Origin: Octopus sinensis
Taxonomy: Eukaryota
Reading direction: 5' to 3'
Assembly: GCF_006345805.1 (NCBI RefSeq)
Contig: NW_021834915.1
Location: 1 to 44,270, forward strand
Length of the DNA: 44,270 nucleotides
Part shown: piece after piece, positions 1-12,707 of the stretch
Layout: each line of letters begins with the position of its first letter
How positions within the stretch are numbered: position 1 is the first letter of the stretch
Position numbers and translations under genes: made by a program
The notes under the pieces: model-generated
Told to the model about the DNA's origin: nothing
Databases searched by the model: none
What the model saw: only the letters and a program-made list of their open reading frames with translations

Positions 1-354
1 CAATGAAATGAAAGATGTACTCTGTGTCCAGTAGAAAAATATATCATGAAAAAACCGATTGATTTATGAATTCTGTTGAATGGACATTCACAACTTCATA
101 TTTTCCTTAAACAAATGCAGGCCCTAGGAATACATACATAAATTCGTATATATATGTGCGCTTACGCATATAGATTAATGCGCGTGTACATATACACATA
201 TGTACGCAGATGCATAACAGATTTGTGATAATATGTATCATGATTTCTTCTATGAGTATATAGTTATGTGTACGCACACACATCGTGCACGCACATATGG
301 AGGAGAGAGAAAGAGAGATATTTATTTCACGCAAATGACATATATATTCATTCA

Positions 355-393
<39 letters not shown>

Positions 394-679
394 GTGAGTG
401 TGCGCGTGTGTGTCTGATCGTTGAATTGTGTCGAAACCAATGATAGACGAGTGCTCAATATTGTGCTGCGATTCTCGTGATTGGAGTTTCAATAAGCTAC
501 ACACACACACATAGAGACACACGGACACACACACACATACACAGTCATCTGTCAGAATGCACAGGAATGTGCAAATGAGAGCAGTTCCCGCGTAATTCAT
601 CAGGTTTTAACAAATGTATAAATCTTTTGATTACTTTCTTGCCGTTTTCTTCCTAACAACGCATAAACAAAGACATACA

Positions 680-1011
680 TGTTATAGACATATATACACT
701 TCATATATAGACTTATATATATATATATATATATTATATATAGAATATATATATACGTGTGCATATATATACAATGTATTTATATATACGTGTGCATATA
801 TATATAATTTTGTTATTTTATATGTGTGCATATATATAATATATATAATGTATTTATATATAAATGTGTATATATGTATATTATATTTATATATATATAT
901 AATATATATATATATATATAATATATTATAATATATATATACATACATACATATATTCATGCGTTCATTACATACGTGCGTGGTGCTGTGTATACACTTA
1001 TAATATTTACG

Positions 1012-1047
<36 letters not shown>

Positions 1048-1106
1048 GTGGTGTGTGTTATGTGTTTATCTCTCTCTTCTCTCTCTATATATATAATATA
1101 TATATG

Positions 1107-1142
<36 letters not shown>

Positions 1143-1277
1143 CATGCCCACACGCGCGCGCATATACACAGAATCCCCAAAATATCGTAGAACAAGCACG
1201 TTCGTCGTGTGCCATTCTAAGATGTACACATAAATCATGCAAGCTCTAGTTGGTTCTTCCAATATATTTATTGACTA

Positions 1278-1308
<31 letters not shown>

Positions 1309-2010
1309 TGTATGTATATAAATATATATATATATATATACACACACACAAACAGGCATATATATACATACATATACAGACACACACAGGCATATATATA
1401 TACGCAGCCTAATAATGAGTCACACATACCAACACATATTGACGCCCAGTGACAAAAGTAACAGCTGGGTACACACGCGGACACACACACACATACATGC
1501 ATCCACAACCCTGCGTATGTTGAGAGCCACAAGCACGCACGTAGACAAACACACGCTCGCAATCATAGAGGCACACGAGGAAGTGCAAATCTGAACTTTG
1601 GCCTACATAGAAAGGCACACTTCTGTGTATGTATGTATGTATGTGTAGTGTGCACACAATGAGATTGCATTCACACACACATAGATGCAAATGTATGCGC
1701 AATGACGAACGTGACAGCTGGGTACACACGCAGACACACACACATACGTACATGCACAAAATACACACACACTCATGCAGACACCCACCAGCACACACGT
1801 AGACAAAAAATACGCACACATGGACTCATAGAGACAGACATGCAATGAGGTCCACACAAACATACATGCAAATTTGCTGGTGCACATAGGCATGATGCGC
1901 ACATCATATACACATGTGGAAACACGCGCATAGGCATACTCGCAAATAAGCACGCGTATATATATAAACAACGACAAACATTCCACCAGGGCACACCACA
2001 CACACACACA
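680..2010. repeat. Degenerate (TA)n/(CA)n field with a ~255-bp internal duplication
   Basis: ACAGCTGGGTACACACGC.GACACAC at ~1461 and ~1715. Confidence 0.85.
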
Positions 2011-2392
2011 AAGGCGACCCCCCTTCTCCCTTCGTTTCTATTATTCACAAATGCACACTGTAAAATATGCACGCCCGTAACCACCAAATCAGCAGCACCA
2101 TCACCACCACCGTCGCAACCAACAGCGGCGGCGGTGGCGGCCACGACGACGACGACGACAACAACAACAACAACAACAACGACAGCAAAATAGAAGCAAC
2201 AACAATAAGACAAAAACACTAAGCAGAAATATGCAGTGTTGCTTCCATTTGAAGAGACACTAAGAATATAGCAAAGTAGGTCAAATATTAATTGCTTTTC
2301 AACTCCACCACCTTGATGTGACTCGAAACTTCCAATAGCAGCAGAAGCTGAAGAATGTGTGTGTGTGTGTGTGTGTGTGTGTCTATAATATA

Positions 2393-2603
2393 TACTCTTT
2401 ACTCTTTTATTTGTTTGAGTCATTTGACTGCGGCCATGCTGGAGCACCGCCTTTAGTCGAGCAAATTGACCCCGGGACTTATTCTTTTGTAAGCCCAGTA
2501 CTTATTCTACCGGTCTCTTTTGCCGAACCGCTAATGACGGGGACGTAAACACACAGCATCGGTTTCAAGCAATGCTAGGGGGACAAACACAGAGCCACAA
2601 ACA

Positions 2604-2640
<37 letters not shown>

Positions 2641-2828
2641 GATATATATATATACATATATACGACAGGCTTCTTTCAGTTTCCGTCTACCAAATCCACC
2701 CACAAGGCTTTGGTCGTCCCGAGGCTATAGTAGAAGACACTTGCCCAAGATGCCACGCAGTGGGACTGAGCCCGAAACCATGTGGTTGGTAAGCAAGCTA
2801 CTTACCACACAGCCACTCCTGCGCCTAT
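2393..2828 (-). mobile_element. SINE family B, full length, with internal (TA)n(TG)n
   Basis: Head GGCGCAGGAGTGGCTGTGTGGTAAG, CTTGGGCAAGTGTCTT box, tail GGTGCTCCAGCATGGCCGCAG..AAAAGAGTAAAAGAG. Confidence 0.88.
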
Positions 2829-3095
2829 GTATATATATAATGATAATAAGCTTGAAGCTTATAAGCGTTCACCGTATATTGGCTAATATTAGAGCATATA
2901 AGCCCTCGACGGAATAACAGTGGGTATTAGTGCATGTAGGAAGTGTACTAATACCCACTTTTTTCCGTCGGGGGCTTATATACCCCATTATTAGACTATT
3001 TTCTTTACCCAATATACAGTGAACGCTTATAAGCTTAACGCTTAGTAACATTGGGCCCTTGTGGCTAATAAAGAACGTATCATTATTATTATTAA

Positions 3096-3150
<55 letters not shown>

Positions 3151-3152
<2 letters not shown>

Positions 3153-3379
3153 GGCGGCGAGCTGGCAGAAACGTTAGCACGCCGGGCGAAATGCGTAGCA
3201 GTATTTCGTCTGCCGCAACGTTCTGAGTTCAAATGCCGCCGAGGTCAACTTTGCCTGTCATCCTTTCGGGGTCGATTAAATAAGTACCAGTTACACACTG
3301 GAGTCGATATTATCGACTTAATCCGTCTGTCTGTCCTTGTTTGTCCCCTCTTTGTTTAGCCCCTTGTGGGTAGTAAAGA

Positions 3380-3383
<4 letters not shown>
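3151..3383 (+). mobile_element. tRNA-headed SINE family A, tail type 1
   Basis: A-box TGGCAGAAACG, B-box GAGTTCAAAT, core CATCCTTTCGGGGTCGAT..AAGTACCAGT, tail GTAAAGAAATA. Confidence 0.9.
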
Positions 3384-3418
<35 letters not shown>

Positions 3419-3437
3419 TATTATTATTATTATGTTT

Positions 3438-3650
3438 AAGGCAGCGAGCTGGCAGAATCGCTAACACGCCGGGCAAAATGCTTAGCAGTTTTTGGCCCGT
3501 CTTTACGTTCTGAGTTCAAATTCCGCCGAGGTCGACTTTGCCTGTCATCCCTTCGGGGTCGATAAATTAAGTACCAGTGAAACACTGGGGTCGATGTAAT
3601 CGACTATCCCGTTCCTTCAAATTTCAGGCCTTGTACCTTTAGTAGAAAGG

Positions 3651-3655
<5 letters not shown>
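3438..3655 (+). mobile_element. SINE family A, tail type 2 with (ATT)n
   Basis: Same head and core; tail TTTCAGGCCTTGT..AGTAGAAAGG(ATT)n. Confidence 0.9.
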
Positions 3656-3719
<64 letters not shown>

Positions 3720-3965
3720 TACGTAAACAAATTTAGATAGATAGACAGATTGATACATACTTACATACACACACGTACACACACACATACATCTTTTATC
3801 TTTTTGTTCTTGTTGGAGTCGTTAGACTACAGCTACTGCTAAGTTACGAGGAGGCAAACAAACCTACACCGGTCATCATGTGGTAGTACTGGGGAGAAAA
3901 ATACAAACACGAAAACACAGAGCCTTAGATTAAAATTCCGGTGTGCATAGCATTTATAATATATA

Positions 3966-4784
3966 CAGGGTGCGGTGAATAAATTGTTGTCTAAATTACG
4001 CAAAACTGAAAATAACACTGACATCTCATTTTAGCAGATATATTTACCAAAATTACATAAACATACCCTGAAATACAAAAGAGTAAATTTATTCAATAAA
4101 ATCGCCATTGGCTTCAACCACGACCTCCAGACGACTTCGGAATCTCCTGCAACTCTTCTGGACGATCTCCTTGTTTAAGTTGGTGAATGCTGCCATAATC
4201 CTTGCCTTCGGTTCATCCTGGGTGTTACAAAAAGTTTTGTTGGTCTCCCGCTCTTCTTGTCCTTGATGACTTGGGATAAAAATTGGTTCTTTCTCACCTT
4301 GAATGAGGAATACCGAATATCTTCATGTACTACCTGCCTGATAAGAAACTCAGACTCTCTCCCATGTCCCTAGCGATGGACCTAATTGACCTGGAGGGAT
4401 CGTTGTCACTCATTGCCTGGATCTCACCAACAAACAAATGAGTTCTTTTCCTCTCAGAACGATCAGAGTGAGTTTTCCCAGCTGCCCTACCTTCTTAATC
4501 ACCATTAGACTCATCCAACTCTTTCCGAATCATCTGCACTGTTCTCAGACTAACGCCCAAACACTATGAAATGCTCGTATAGGAGCTTCCAGTGCGAATG
4601 CCAAGCAGTACAGCATGTCGTTTCCAAACTTCTGGCAGAATGAATTGCATCATGGTGCTGTTTTTCTCACAGACGGGGCCCAGCTGACCCTACTATACTG
4701 TGTAATCGACAAAATCAAAAGCTAACAATACGCATGCACAAAATTGAAAATATAAACCGGCGACAATTTACCCATCACACCCTA
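3966..4784 (-). mobile_element. Tc1/mariner DNA transposon, internally deleted
   Basis: Imperfect ~26-bp TIRs (CAGGGTGCGGTGAATAAATTGT vs reverse complement of the right end, TAGGGTGTGATGGGTAAATTGT), TA target duplication at 3964-65 and 4785-86, transposase relic inside. Confidence 0.88.
4089..4653 (-). pseudogene. Transposase relic: N-terminal HTH region fused to the C-terminus, catalytic core deleted
   Basis: MMQFILPEVWKRHAVLLG...DPSRSIRSIARDMG...LSQVIKDK joined near 4250 to ERETNKT...CRRFRSRLEVVVEANGDFIE*, with internal stops. Confidence 0.8.
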
Positions 4785-4866
4785 TATGTATATATATATA
4801 TATATATAACGGAGATATACTTGCATAGCAAGTGACCTGACGTGAGATCGTGTGCAGGAACGAAAA

Positions 4867-5107
4867 CAATTGCAGCGTGGAAGGTGTTATTTAAGAAACA
4901 CACAAAAACCGTTAGATTCGCTTCAACATTTAAATTTAATTTGTCAAAATATTTTCGTCGCTTTGAGACCGCGACCTGTTCACTGACAAAATTCCCTGCT
5001 GCATTACGGAATTTTGCTAGTTTTGACAAATTAAATTTAAATGTTGAAGTGAATCTAACGGTTTTTGTGTGTTTCTTAAATGGCTTATAAACACCTTCCA
5101 CGCAGCA

Positions 5108-5111
<4 letters not shown>
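4867..5111. repeat. Inverted repeat, arms 4867-4949 and 5021-5111, ~70-nt spacer
   Basis: Arms are reverse complements apart from an 8-nt indel and 2 substitutions; (TA)n on both outer sides. Confidence 0.9.
4940..4990 (-). ncRNA. Type I hammerhead-like fold with G3-C8 variant core
   Basis: Minus strand reads TTTGTCA-GTGAACAG-GTCGC(ggtctcaaa)GCGAC-GAAA-ATAT-T-T-TGACAAA: 7-bp stem I, 5-bp stem II, palindromic stem III AATATT. Confidence 0.6.
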
Positions 5112-5145
<34 letters not shown>

Positions 5146-5754
5146 AACTGTATGCATGTTATATTAAACATATGTATTTTCTATTCATTAATTATGCCAT
5201 ACATTGTTTAAATGAAATTATGGGATGCTGCCATCGTCACTTCTGCTTGCAAACTACTTTATTATTATTGGGGTGGGGGTGGGGGTAATTTATTTTCAAT
5301 TTTTTACGACGGTAAACAGCAAGTTTTTTTTTTTTTGCAGGGTTTTACTTCCTCACTGGAAATCAAAGATTCCAATACGTACGCATCTGAGAACATTACC
5401 AAATTCTATATACAGAATATCATATGTCAATTATAAGCACATAAAAGTCGTGGAAAGAGCATCTACGAAGTTTAGTTGTTGAGACGCAAATTTGAGCGTC
5501 GGCCAAGACTAACCTCCTTAAATATATATCACATGGCAATTATTTATTAATAAAGAAATTACCAATAAAAGTAGGAAAATAACCAAAGAATGTATACATA
5601 ATAAATTGGATACTGTTCAAGATATCTCGACGGAGATATCAATACGTGTGAAGGATAAAACAGACCAAATTTAAAGAAGCGGTAAGATGTAAAAAAGTTA
5701 ACAGCAATTTCTGAAGTTTTAGCTTTCGCTCTATTTTATCAACATTATTTTACC

Positions 5755-5985
5755 TATTTCTTTACTACCCACAAGGGGCTAAACACAGAGAGAACAAACA
5801 AGGACAGACAAAGGGATTAAGTCGATTACATCGACCCCAGTGCGTAACTGGTACTTATTTAATCGACCCCGAAAGGATGAAAGGCAAAATTGACCTTGGC
5901 GGAATTTGAACTCAGAACGTAACGGCAGACGAAATACCGCTAAGCATTTTGCCCAGCATGCTAACGATTCTGCCAGCTCACCGCC
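5755..5985 (-). mobile_element. SINE family A with 16-bp TSD
   Basis: Full copy flanked by TCAACATTATTTTACC at 5739-5754 and 5986-6001. Confidence 0.92.
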
Positions 5986-6289
5986 TCAACATTATTTTAC
6001 CACTCCTTTATATTCCTTTCTTTCTTCTCCCTGGATCGTTTTACAGTTCTATAGACCCTTTTAATATATTTTATGCGCACACATACATACATGTATATAC
6101 ATAAATACATACATACACGCGGACTTATAAAGTTATATAATGCATATTATGTATGTCTTTAATTCTTTCTTTTTTTCGTCGTTTCTTCTTTCTTCTTTCT
6201 TTATTGCCCACAAGGAGCTAAACAAAGAGGGGACAAACAAGGACAGACTAAGGGATTAAGCCGATTAGATCGACCCCACTGTGTAAGTG

Positions 6290-6542
6290 AAAGTATTTGA
6301 CATAAAATAGAGAAATGTCTTTGTTTCACTTTTAACATGTAATACTGAAATAGTGGAGAAGATATGATATTGCTATGGGCTCGCTCTAGGCAAGAAGTTG
6401 AACATTTTTTTGCCCATGAAACTACATGAACCCTAAGTAAGGCATGTGTAAAATTTGAATGAAATTGGTTGTGTAGTTCTCAATTTTTAGAGAAACACAC
6501 AGACAGACAGACACACATTCTCAGTTTTATAATTATAAAGAT
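6290..6542 (+). mobile_element. Possible non-autonomous Helitron-like 3' end
   Basis: AAATTTGAATGAAATTGGTTG..TAGTT, then (CAGA)n, then TTTTATA..AAGAT; resembles invertebrate Helitron/DINE-like termini. Confidence 0.4.
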
Positions 6543-6679
6543 ATATATATATATATATAATATCATATATATATATATATTATTAATTAGAGACAAAACC
6601 ACTATTATGCAAATCAAACAAAGAAAGACTTAATCCAATACATAAAAATTTTTATATAAATTAAATAAAATTAAGTTAT

Positions 6680-6724
6680 CCACTACATTGTTTCTTGTCA
6701 CTTCTAAGGACATTCATCAGGTGG
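6680..6724 (-). ncRNA. Minimal type I hammerhead motif (left arm)
   Basis: CCAC-CTGATGA-A-TGTC(cttagaagt)GACA-A-GAAA-CAATG-T-A-GTGG; GUA triplet; A.A mismatch at the base of stem II. Confidence 0.6.
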
Positions 6725-6790
6725 TTTCAAGACCTTCTATTCAATTTTATTATGAAGTTCATAATTAAAATTGAATAGAAGGTCTTGAAA

Positions 6791-6835
6791 CGCCTGATGA
6801 ATGTCCTTAGAAGTGACAAGAAACAATTGTAGTGG
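6791..6835 (+). ncRNA. Minimal type I hammerhead motif (right arm)
   Basis: CGC-CTGATGA-A-TGTC..GACA-A-GAAA-CAATTG-T-A-GTG; palindromic stem III ACAATTGT; stem I only 3 bp. Confidence 0.55.
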
Positions 6836-7035
6836 ATAACTTAATTTTATTTAGTTTATATAAATTTTTTTATGTATTGGATTAAGTCTTTCTTTGTTTG
6901 ATTTGCATAATAGTGGTTTTGTCTCTAATTAATATTATATAATATTTTACTATAAAATGGATTCATCCTAATCTGATTTTTCCCTGTAAATTGGATTTAT
7001 TCCCTAATATTTATTATATATATATATATATATAT

Positions 7036-7076
<41 letters not shown>

Positions 7077-9475
7077 GTATATATATAGGTAGTATGTATG
7101 TATGTATGTATGTATTATGTATGTATGTATGTATGTATGTATGTTGTATATACGCACACACAGGCAGTGCTCACACTCTACTTCATACACTTACTAAATT
7201 CAGTTATTATCGACAGAAGGGCAAATTTCTGTAGGTAAGGCTCGAAACCTGGTACTAAACCAGATTCCACGTCTATTTACCTGTATTATATGTATAGCAC
7301 TCTCCACATTAAAACGTATAGAATAAATTTAATTAACATAGGGAGTAATCATAATTATAGACATACAAAGACACAAACACATTCTTATAAACAAATACAC
7401 ACACACAGAATGACACTTCTATTTTTATAATCTGCTTGAACAAATATTTTAGAGTTTCATTTTACTTATGACTTCATGTACGTAATCCATTATTATTTAC
7501 CGGGCGTATTCAGAGTTATATGTTTTGAATATTTTCAAGGGTTTTGTACACGATATTATAACGATTGAAACTTTTTGTAATTTATTGCGCTGTCAGATAT
7601 ATTTTGTTTATTTTAATCATTTTTAGTATTATTTGAATAACACGAAAGAAATTTTTTTATGTTTTATTTTTAAAATTTTGTTTTCTTTTTTTGTTATATC
7701 GTAGTTTTGGTTCTTACTCTACGACCTTTGTTTATCGTTTCTGAAATATGATTAAACTTGATCTCTTTTCAGATGGAGTGCCAAGTAGAAAAAAAGCACA
7801 AATTTATGTAACAATTCGATATAATATGATAAGCTCGTGGTTTTGAGTTCAGTTCTCCTACACGGCACCTTCAGCAAGCGTCATCTACTACAACCCCGGC
7901 ACGACCAATGCGTTTTGAGCCAATTTGGTTGACGGAAATTGTGTCTTAACCTCCCCCCCCTACACACACGTGTCACCCTTCCCTATTCTTTTCCTCTCCT
8001 CTTCACCGGCCCCTCTCTCTCCTACTCTTCCTCTTTGACTCTCTCGTTGCTGACACGTGACGAAAGGGAATCTATCTTTCTGTCCATTTCTTTCCATTTC
8101 TTTCCTAAAGACAAGACGTACTTTTACCTGTCTCCTCTCATAGCTCGTCCTCCTAGCGTTCATGATAATTTTTCTATCGTCTTGGCTCAACAGCCCTCAC
8201 CGTGAGAACCACTTTCACCCTCCAACAAAAAATCCCAAATTTTATTTAATTTGCTTTGCGGAAAGGACTGTTTCAACGAAGTCGAGTAGTGTCCTTACCT
8301 TCGATACGCGGAGTAGACGAAACAGGGACTACTGATGAAGGGGAATATTCTTTAAGTTGCATGTATCGTTTCTCTGTTTGTCTTTTTCATTGTTTGAAAA
8401 AAGTTCGATTTGTGTCTTCATTGTGTTTAACATTTTTTTGATATCCTGTACCCATATATGCATGTATAAATACATATATATGTAGGAATGTACATATATG
8501 TATGTATATATGCATATATTTATATATCATTTATATTATATTTTATTATATATATATATATTAATGTGTGTATGAATGTGTATGTTGGTAGGTGCGTGTG
8601 TGTATGTGTGTGCGTCTACTACAACCGTTATTGGTTTTTTTACGACCCCGTAACTTAGCGGCTCAGCATAGAGACTGATAAAATTAGTCGATTTATCTAA
8701 CTAAACTCTTCAAGGCGGTGCACCAGCTTGGTCGCAGACCAGTGAGTGCGACAAGTAAAAAGGTAGAAGGACATATATGATATAACGCAACCTGTTGTTT
8801 TGACTTATTTTTATATGTACCATTAACACATGATCGCTGTATCAGCAATTAGCAATAGTTTGATAATTAAGCAATATGCCTAAAGTCATAAATTTTAAAT
8901 CTGTGGCGCGGAGAAATTCTTGAGGTTTGATTCATTTACACTGAGCTGCCATTTTGTATTGTTTTCCAGAGAATCAGTCTACTCTTAAAAAATTGTTTCA
9001 ATTAAATTCTAATTTAGACTCTGTCTGAGGTATTCCAGTTGAAACGGCCCTCAATATTTTTTCATGTTTAGAAGACCTATAACTATGTTATCCAATGGAA
9101 TATTTATCTTTTTAAAAATCGGTAAGGTAAAATATGGGGAGAATTTGGCTGCTATTTCTAGAAAGCATATTGACCACATTAAAATATTTCATGGGTTGGT
9201 TTTCAAGAAGTCTTCCTTGATTGTAGAATCATAATGGTAGACAGACTGAATATATTTTTTGAATATATTCATAGGTGTAGGTATGGCTGTGTGGCTAGGA
9301 AGTTTGCTTCGTTAATACATGGTTTTAAGATCAGTCCCTCTACGTAGTACCTCTGTCTTGTGCCTTCTGTTATGACCCCAAGCAGATTAATGGTTTGTGA
9401 GTGAATTGGTAGACAGAAACTGTGTGGAACCCCGTGGTATTTCTCTCTCTCTCTCTCTCTAGAGAAGCCCGTCTC

Positions 9476-9523
<48 letters not shown>

Positions 9524-9759
9524 ATCAAAAAAGGGGGTAGAATTAATTAATTGTTAATAATTCGACCAAGCAGTTTCGGTATGTAAAGACCATTTACGGG
9601 TATTTGAAGTATTAATTTATAAAAATATGGTAAAGTAAAAAAATTCACTTTACCAAACCCGAACTTTTCAGAACTTTTCAGAAATAGCAGCCAAAATATG
9701 CTATTTCTTCAACAACTGCAAATAAAAGTCTCCAGACAAGCATACTCAGAAATAACTCA

Positions 9760-10015
9760 CATAGGTATAAGGGAAAAACAATGAAAGATCACATCCATAC
9801 GATACCCGAGGGACAGTCTGTTTCTGGATTTGTGGGTAAAACGCCACTTTTCCTTCATCAGCTCAGAGATTTCTTCTGATTTAGATTTGAAAATACTAAG
9901 AATCAAACATACCCGTCCGATATCTGTAACATCGGACAAACCATGCCAGACCCCAGTACTAGCGAATCCAAAAATACGAATGAGATCTATTATTCTCCCT
10001 GTCCACCCACGTGAG
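9760..10015 (-). pseudogene. Possible degraded L1-like endonuclease C-terminal fragment
   Basis: TW..NNRS..YFWI, ISD and WRF motifs in different frames; weak. Confidence 0.25.
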
Positions 10016-10064
10016 TCATAGAAATTCTAATTTAGACTCTGTCTGAGGTTATTTCCCACATATA

Positions 10065-10103
<39 letters not shown>

Positions 10104-10125
10104 AATATATATAATATATCTATAT

Positions 10126-10157
<32 letters not shown>

Positions 10158-10248
10158 AAGGGAAAGTTTACGAAAATAAACAAAGACGAAGGCAGGTGGA
10201 GTACAACACACAAATGTATTAGTATAGCGCTCGGAATAGAAAAAAAAA

Positions 10249-10285
10249 TCTTTTACGTTTCGCGCCTACGCTCTTCGACAGAAGA
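10249..10285 (-). ncRNA. Decayed minimal hammerhead motif, same family as 12708
   Basis: CTGTCGA-A-GAGC(gtag)GCGC-GAAA-CGT-A-AAAGA: A6 is mutated and stem II has a mismatch. The downstream GAGCG..CTAATACATT resembles the 12750-12775 region. Confidence 0.45.
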
Positions 10286-10411
10286 TACACAGAAAAAACA
10301 AAGAGAGAGACGGAAGAAAAAAAATGCGTGTAGGAGCTAACGATTTGTCATGGCGTCCTGACTTCGGACAGTGGTCAGACGCGAGAGGACAGTTTAATGT
10401 GTATATATATG

Positions 10412-10451
<40 letters not shown>

Positions 10452-12261
10452 TTATTATATATATATTATATATATATATATAATATATATATATAGGTGG
10501 TGCTCCAGCAGGCCGCAGTCAAATGACTGAAATAATTGTCGCCATACTGCTTGATAGCCAGTGTTGCTTTGTTTACGCTCTCAGACTAAGTTATTCAGTA
10601 AAAATAACCGATAGAATAAGAACCAGCTTAAAAAGAAGGGACTAAGTTCTATGCCCCAGAACGGCAGTAGCCCAATACCTGAAACAAATAAAAGCATTAA
10701 AAAAATAAGGTAAAAGGCAGAATGTGGTCAAAAGAATAGGATTTTCATAGAGGTATGGAGAAGGACTGCGTAAAGGATGTTGTGCCGGAGTACAAAAGAA
10801 TTTGGGTGGCGCAGCTCGCTTGTATAGAAACCATTATAATAACTACAGGACAGGTAAACGGAGGACACAGCTCGACAGTTTGTCAGAAACCGGAAATATG
10901 TTAATAACAGAAGTTATATTAATCGTTGAGTGGTTTACTTCTGAATTCGGTCAAAATGTCTGCAAATGAACAGAGCGCACTAAATTGACCGAACAAGTAA
11001 TTCTGGGTATCGACATCAACATCAACATCAACATCAACAAAGTTCTTGATCAGACGCTTAACCAGCAAGCTAATGCCTAAAACAGCGTTGTTGGAAAAAT
11101 GACAGGAAGTTTTTGTCTTTCTCGCGTCTAAAGTACATAAAATCGCTGACATTTCCGAATAAAAATTTATTGGAAAGGTCAAAGCTGCTTCCTTTTATCA
11201 TCCGAACCAAATAGAATTAAAAATACTAATGATTAGTTTTAAAAAATCTCAATGATATTTATACACCCCTCCGACTCTCTCTGTCTCTCTCGCTCTATCT
11301 CTGTCTCTCTCTGTCTGTCTGTCTCTCTCTGTCTCTCTCTCAGGCAAGTGTCATACATTAACCGCACCTTAATACCTTCTTAAAATCGAATATGGTGTTT
11401 TTTTAAAGTCACGATAGTTTAATGTTCCCCTTTATTAGAATAAAAAAAATATACAATAAGAACAGAGACATCTACACATACGCATGTATATGAATATATA
11501 TATATACTCAGATACATAAATACATCCATGTATACATACACGTAGCGCACACGCACACGTGTGTATTCCCGTATGTACGTACGTGCGTTTGTGTTTGTGT
11601 TTGACCATCATCACAGCTTTACAATCGATGCTGGTTTATGTACCGCGTAACTTAGCATTCGGCATAAAAGACCAATAGAGTAAGTGCAAGGCTTAAGTAC
11701 TTGGCTGATTTGATCGACTAAAATTTCACAAAGCAATGCCCCAACATGGCCGTAGTGCAATGACTGTAATAAGTAAACGATAAAAGATGAACAGCAAATG
11801 TTGACTTAATGTATATGTGGGGAACGAAATTGCCTTCGGGTTAAGTAAAATATCTGAGTTTATTCTCACAGCTAAGTTACAGTCGTTCAGGAGTAAGGTC
11901 TATGTTAGATATTACAGGTATTTTGCTTCAGTTTTGGTTCACCTACAGCGTCTGTTTACCTCCCTCACACACACCAAAAAAATCCTCGCTTACTCTTTTC
12001 ATTTCTATCCCTCTTTCTCATACACACTCTCTTTCTTTCTTTTATCTGTTTCTCTCTGTCTCCTTACGGGTACAGTCCATTCGACGGATTGCTATTTAGT
12101 TTTTTTTCAACCCAAATTCACCCGTTCACTCACAAGGCTTGTGCGAATCCAGGGTTACGGGGAATGTACTTGTTCAAAATGTGACACCGTGTGAACGAAC
12201 ATGAGACCATAGTATCGCGAGGATAACTTCTTATATACATACACACACATACATACATAAA

Positions 12262-12292
<31 letters not shown>

Positions 12293-12311
12293 GTGTGTTT
12301 GTATACATTTA

Positions 12312-12460
12312 TGTTGAAAAGTTCCTGGCTTGAAGAGTGTCGCGGAAGGCCTGGTTGGAGGCCCAAACTTCCGAGTTCTTTTACAGAGCTTAGAAAAACT
12401 GAAGGACCACTGCAATAAGTGTGTGAATCTGAATAAAATTGCCCAGAACCAGGAACTTCG
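12312..12460 (+). mobile_element. Degenerate copy of the same mariner MITE
   Basis: Shares AAAGTTCCTGGCTT, GCTTAGAAAAACTGAAGGACC and CCAGGAACTT with 16331-16520. Confidence 0.7.
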
Positions 12461-12505
12461 TATATATAGTGATGGATGGCAGTACTCTATATGTGTGTTT
12501 TTCTC

Positions 12506-12574
<69 letters not shown>

Positions 12575-12707
12575 CGTGTGTGTGTGAAGGCGCATGACTC
12601 AGTGGTTATATATATATATATATACCACGTGTGCCGTGGGTATATATATATATACCACGTGTGCCGTTGGTAATTTCCTTTCCTTTTTTGGACTTTTCCT
12701 TTTCTTC

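Larger units (their letters stand above)
6581..6934. repeat. ~355-bp near-perfect palindrome centred at 6757
   Basis: ~177-bp arms with a 1-nt centre (TTATGAA-G-TTCATAA) and a few indels/substitutions; embedded in (TA)n. Confidence 0.92.

Noticed and set aside
3151-3240. SINE heads as tRNA genes (all families)
   Set aside because: A and B boxes are present but there is no complete cloverleaf, and each is fused to a repeated SINE body.
4836-4880. CTGACGTGA...GAAAACAATTGCA as a hammerhead
   Set aside because: The core is interrupted, there is no stem II, and U16.1 is absent.
7762-7810. Possible host exon after TCTCTTTTCAG
   Set aside because: The acceptor is good but there is no convincing donor or recognisable peptide; it cannot be supported without RNA data.
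9004-10049. 28-bp direct repeat (9004-9031, 10022-10049) as LTRs or a TSD
   Set aside because: Too short for LTRs, no TG..CA ends, and the enclosed 1 kb is a mixture of unrelated fragments.
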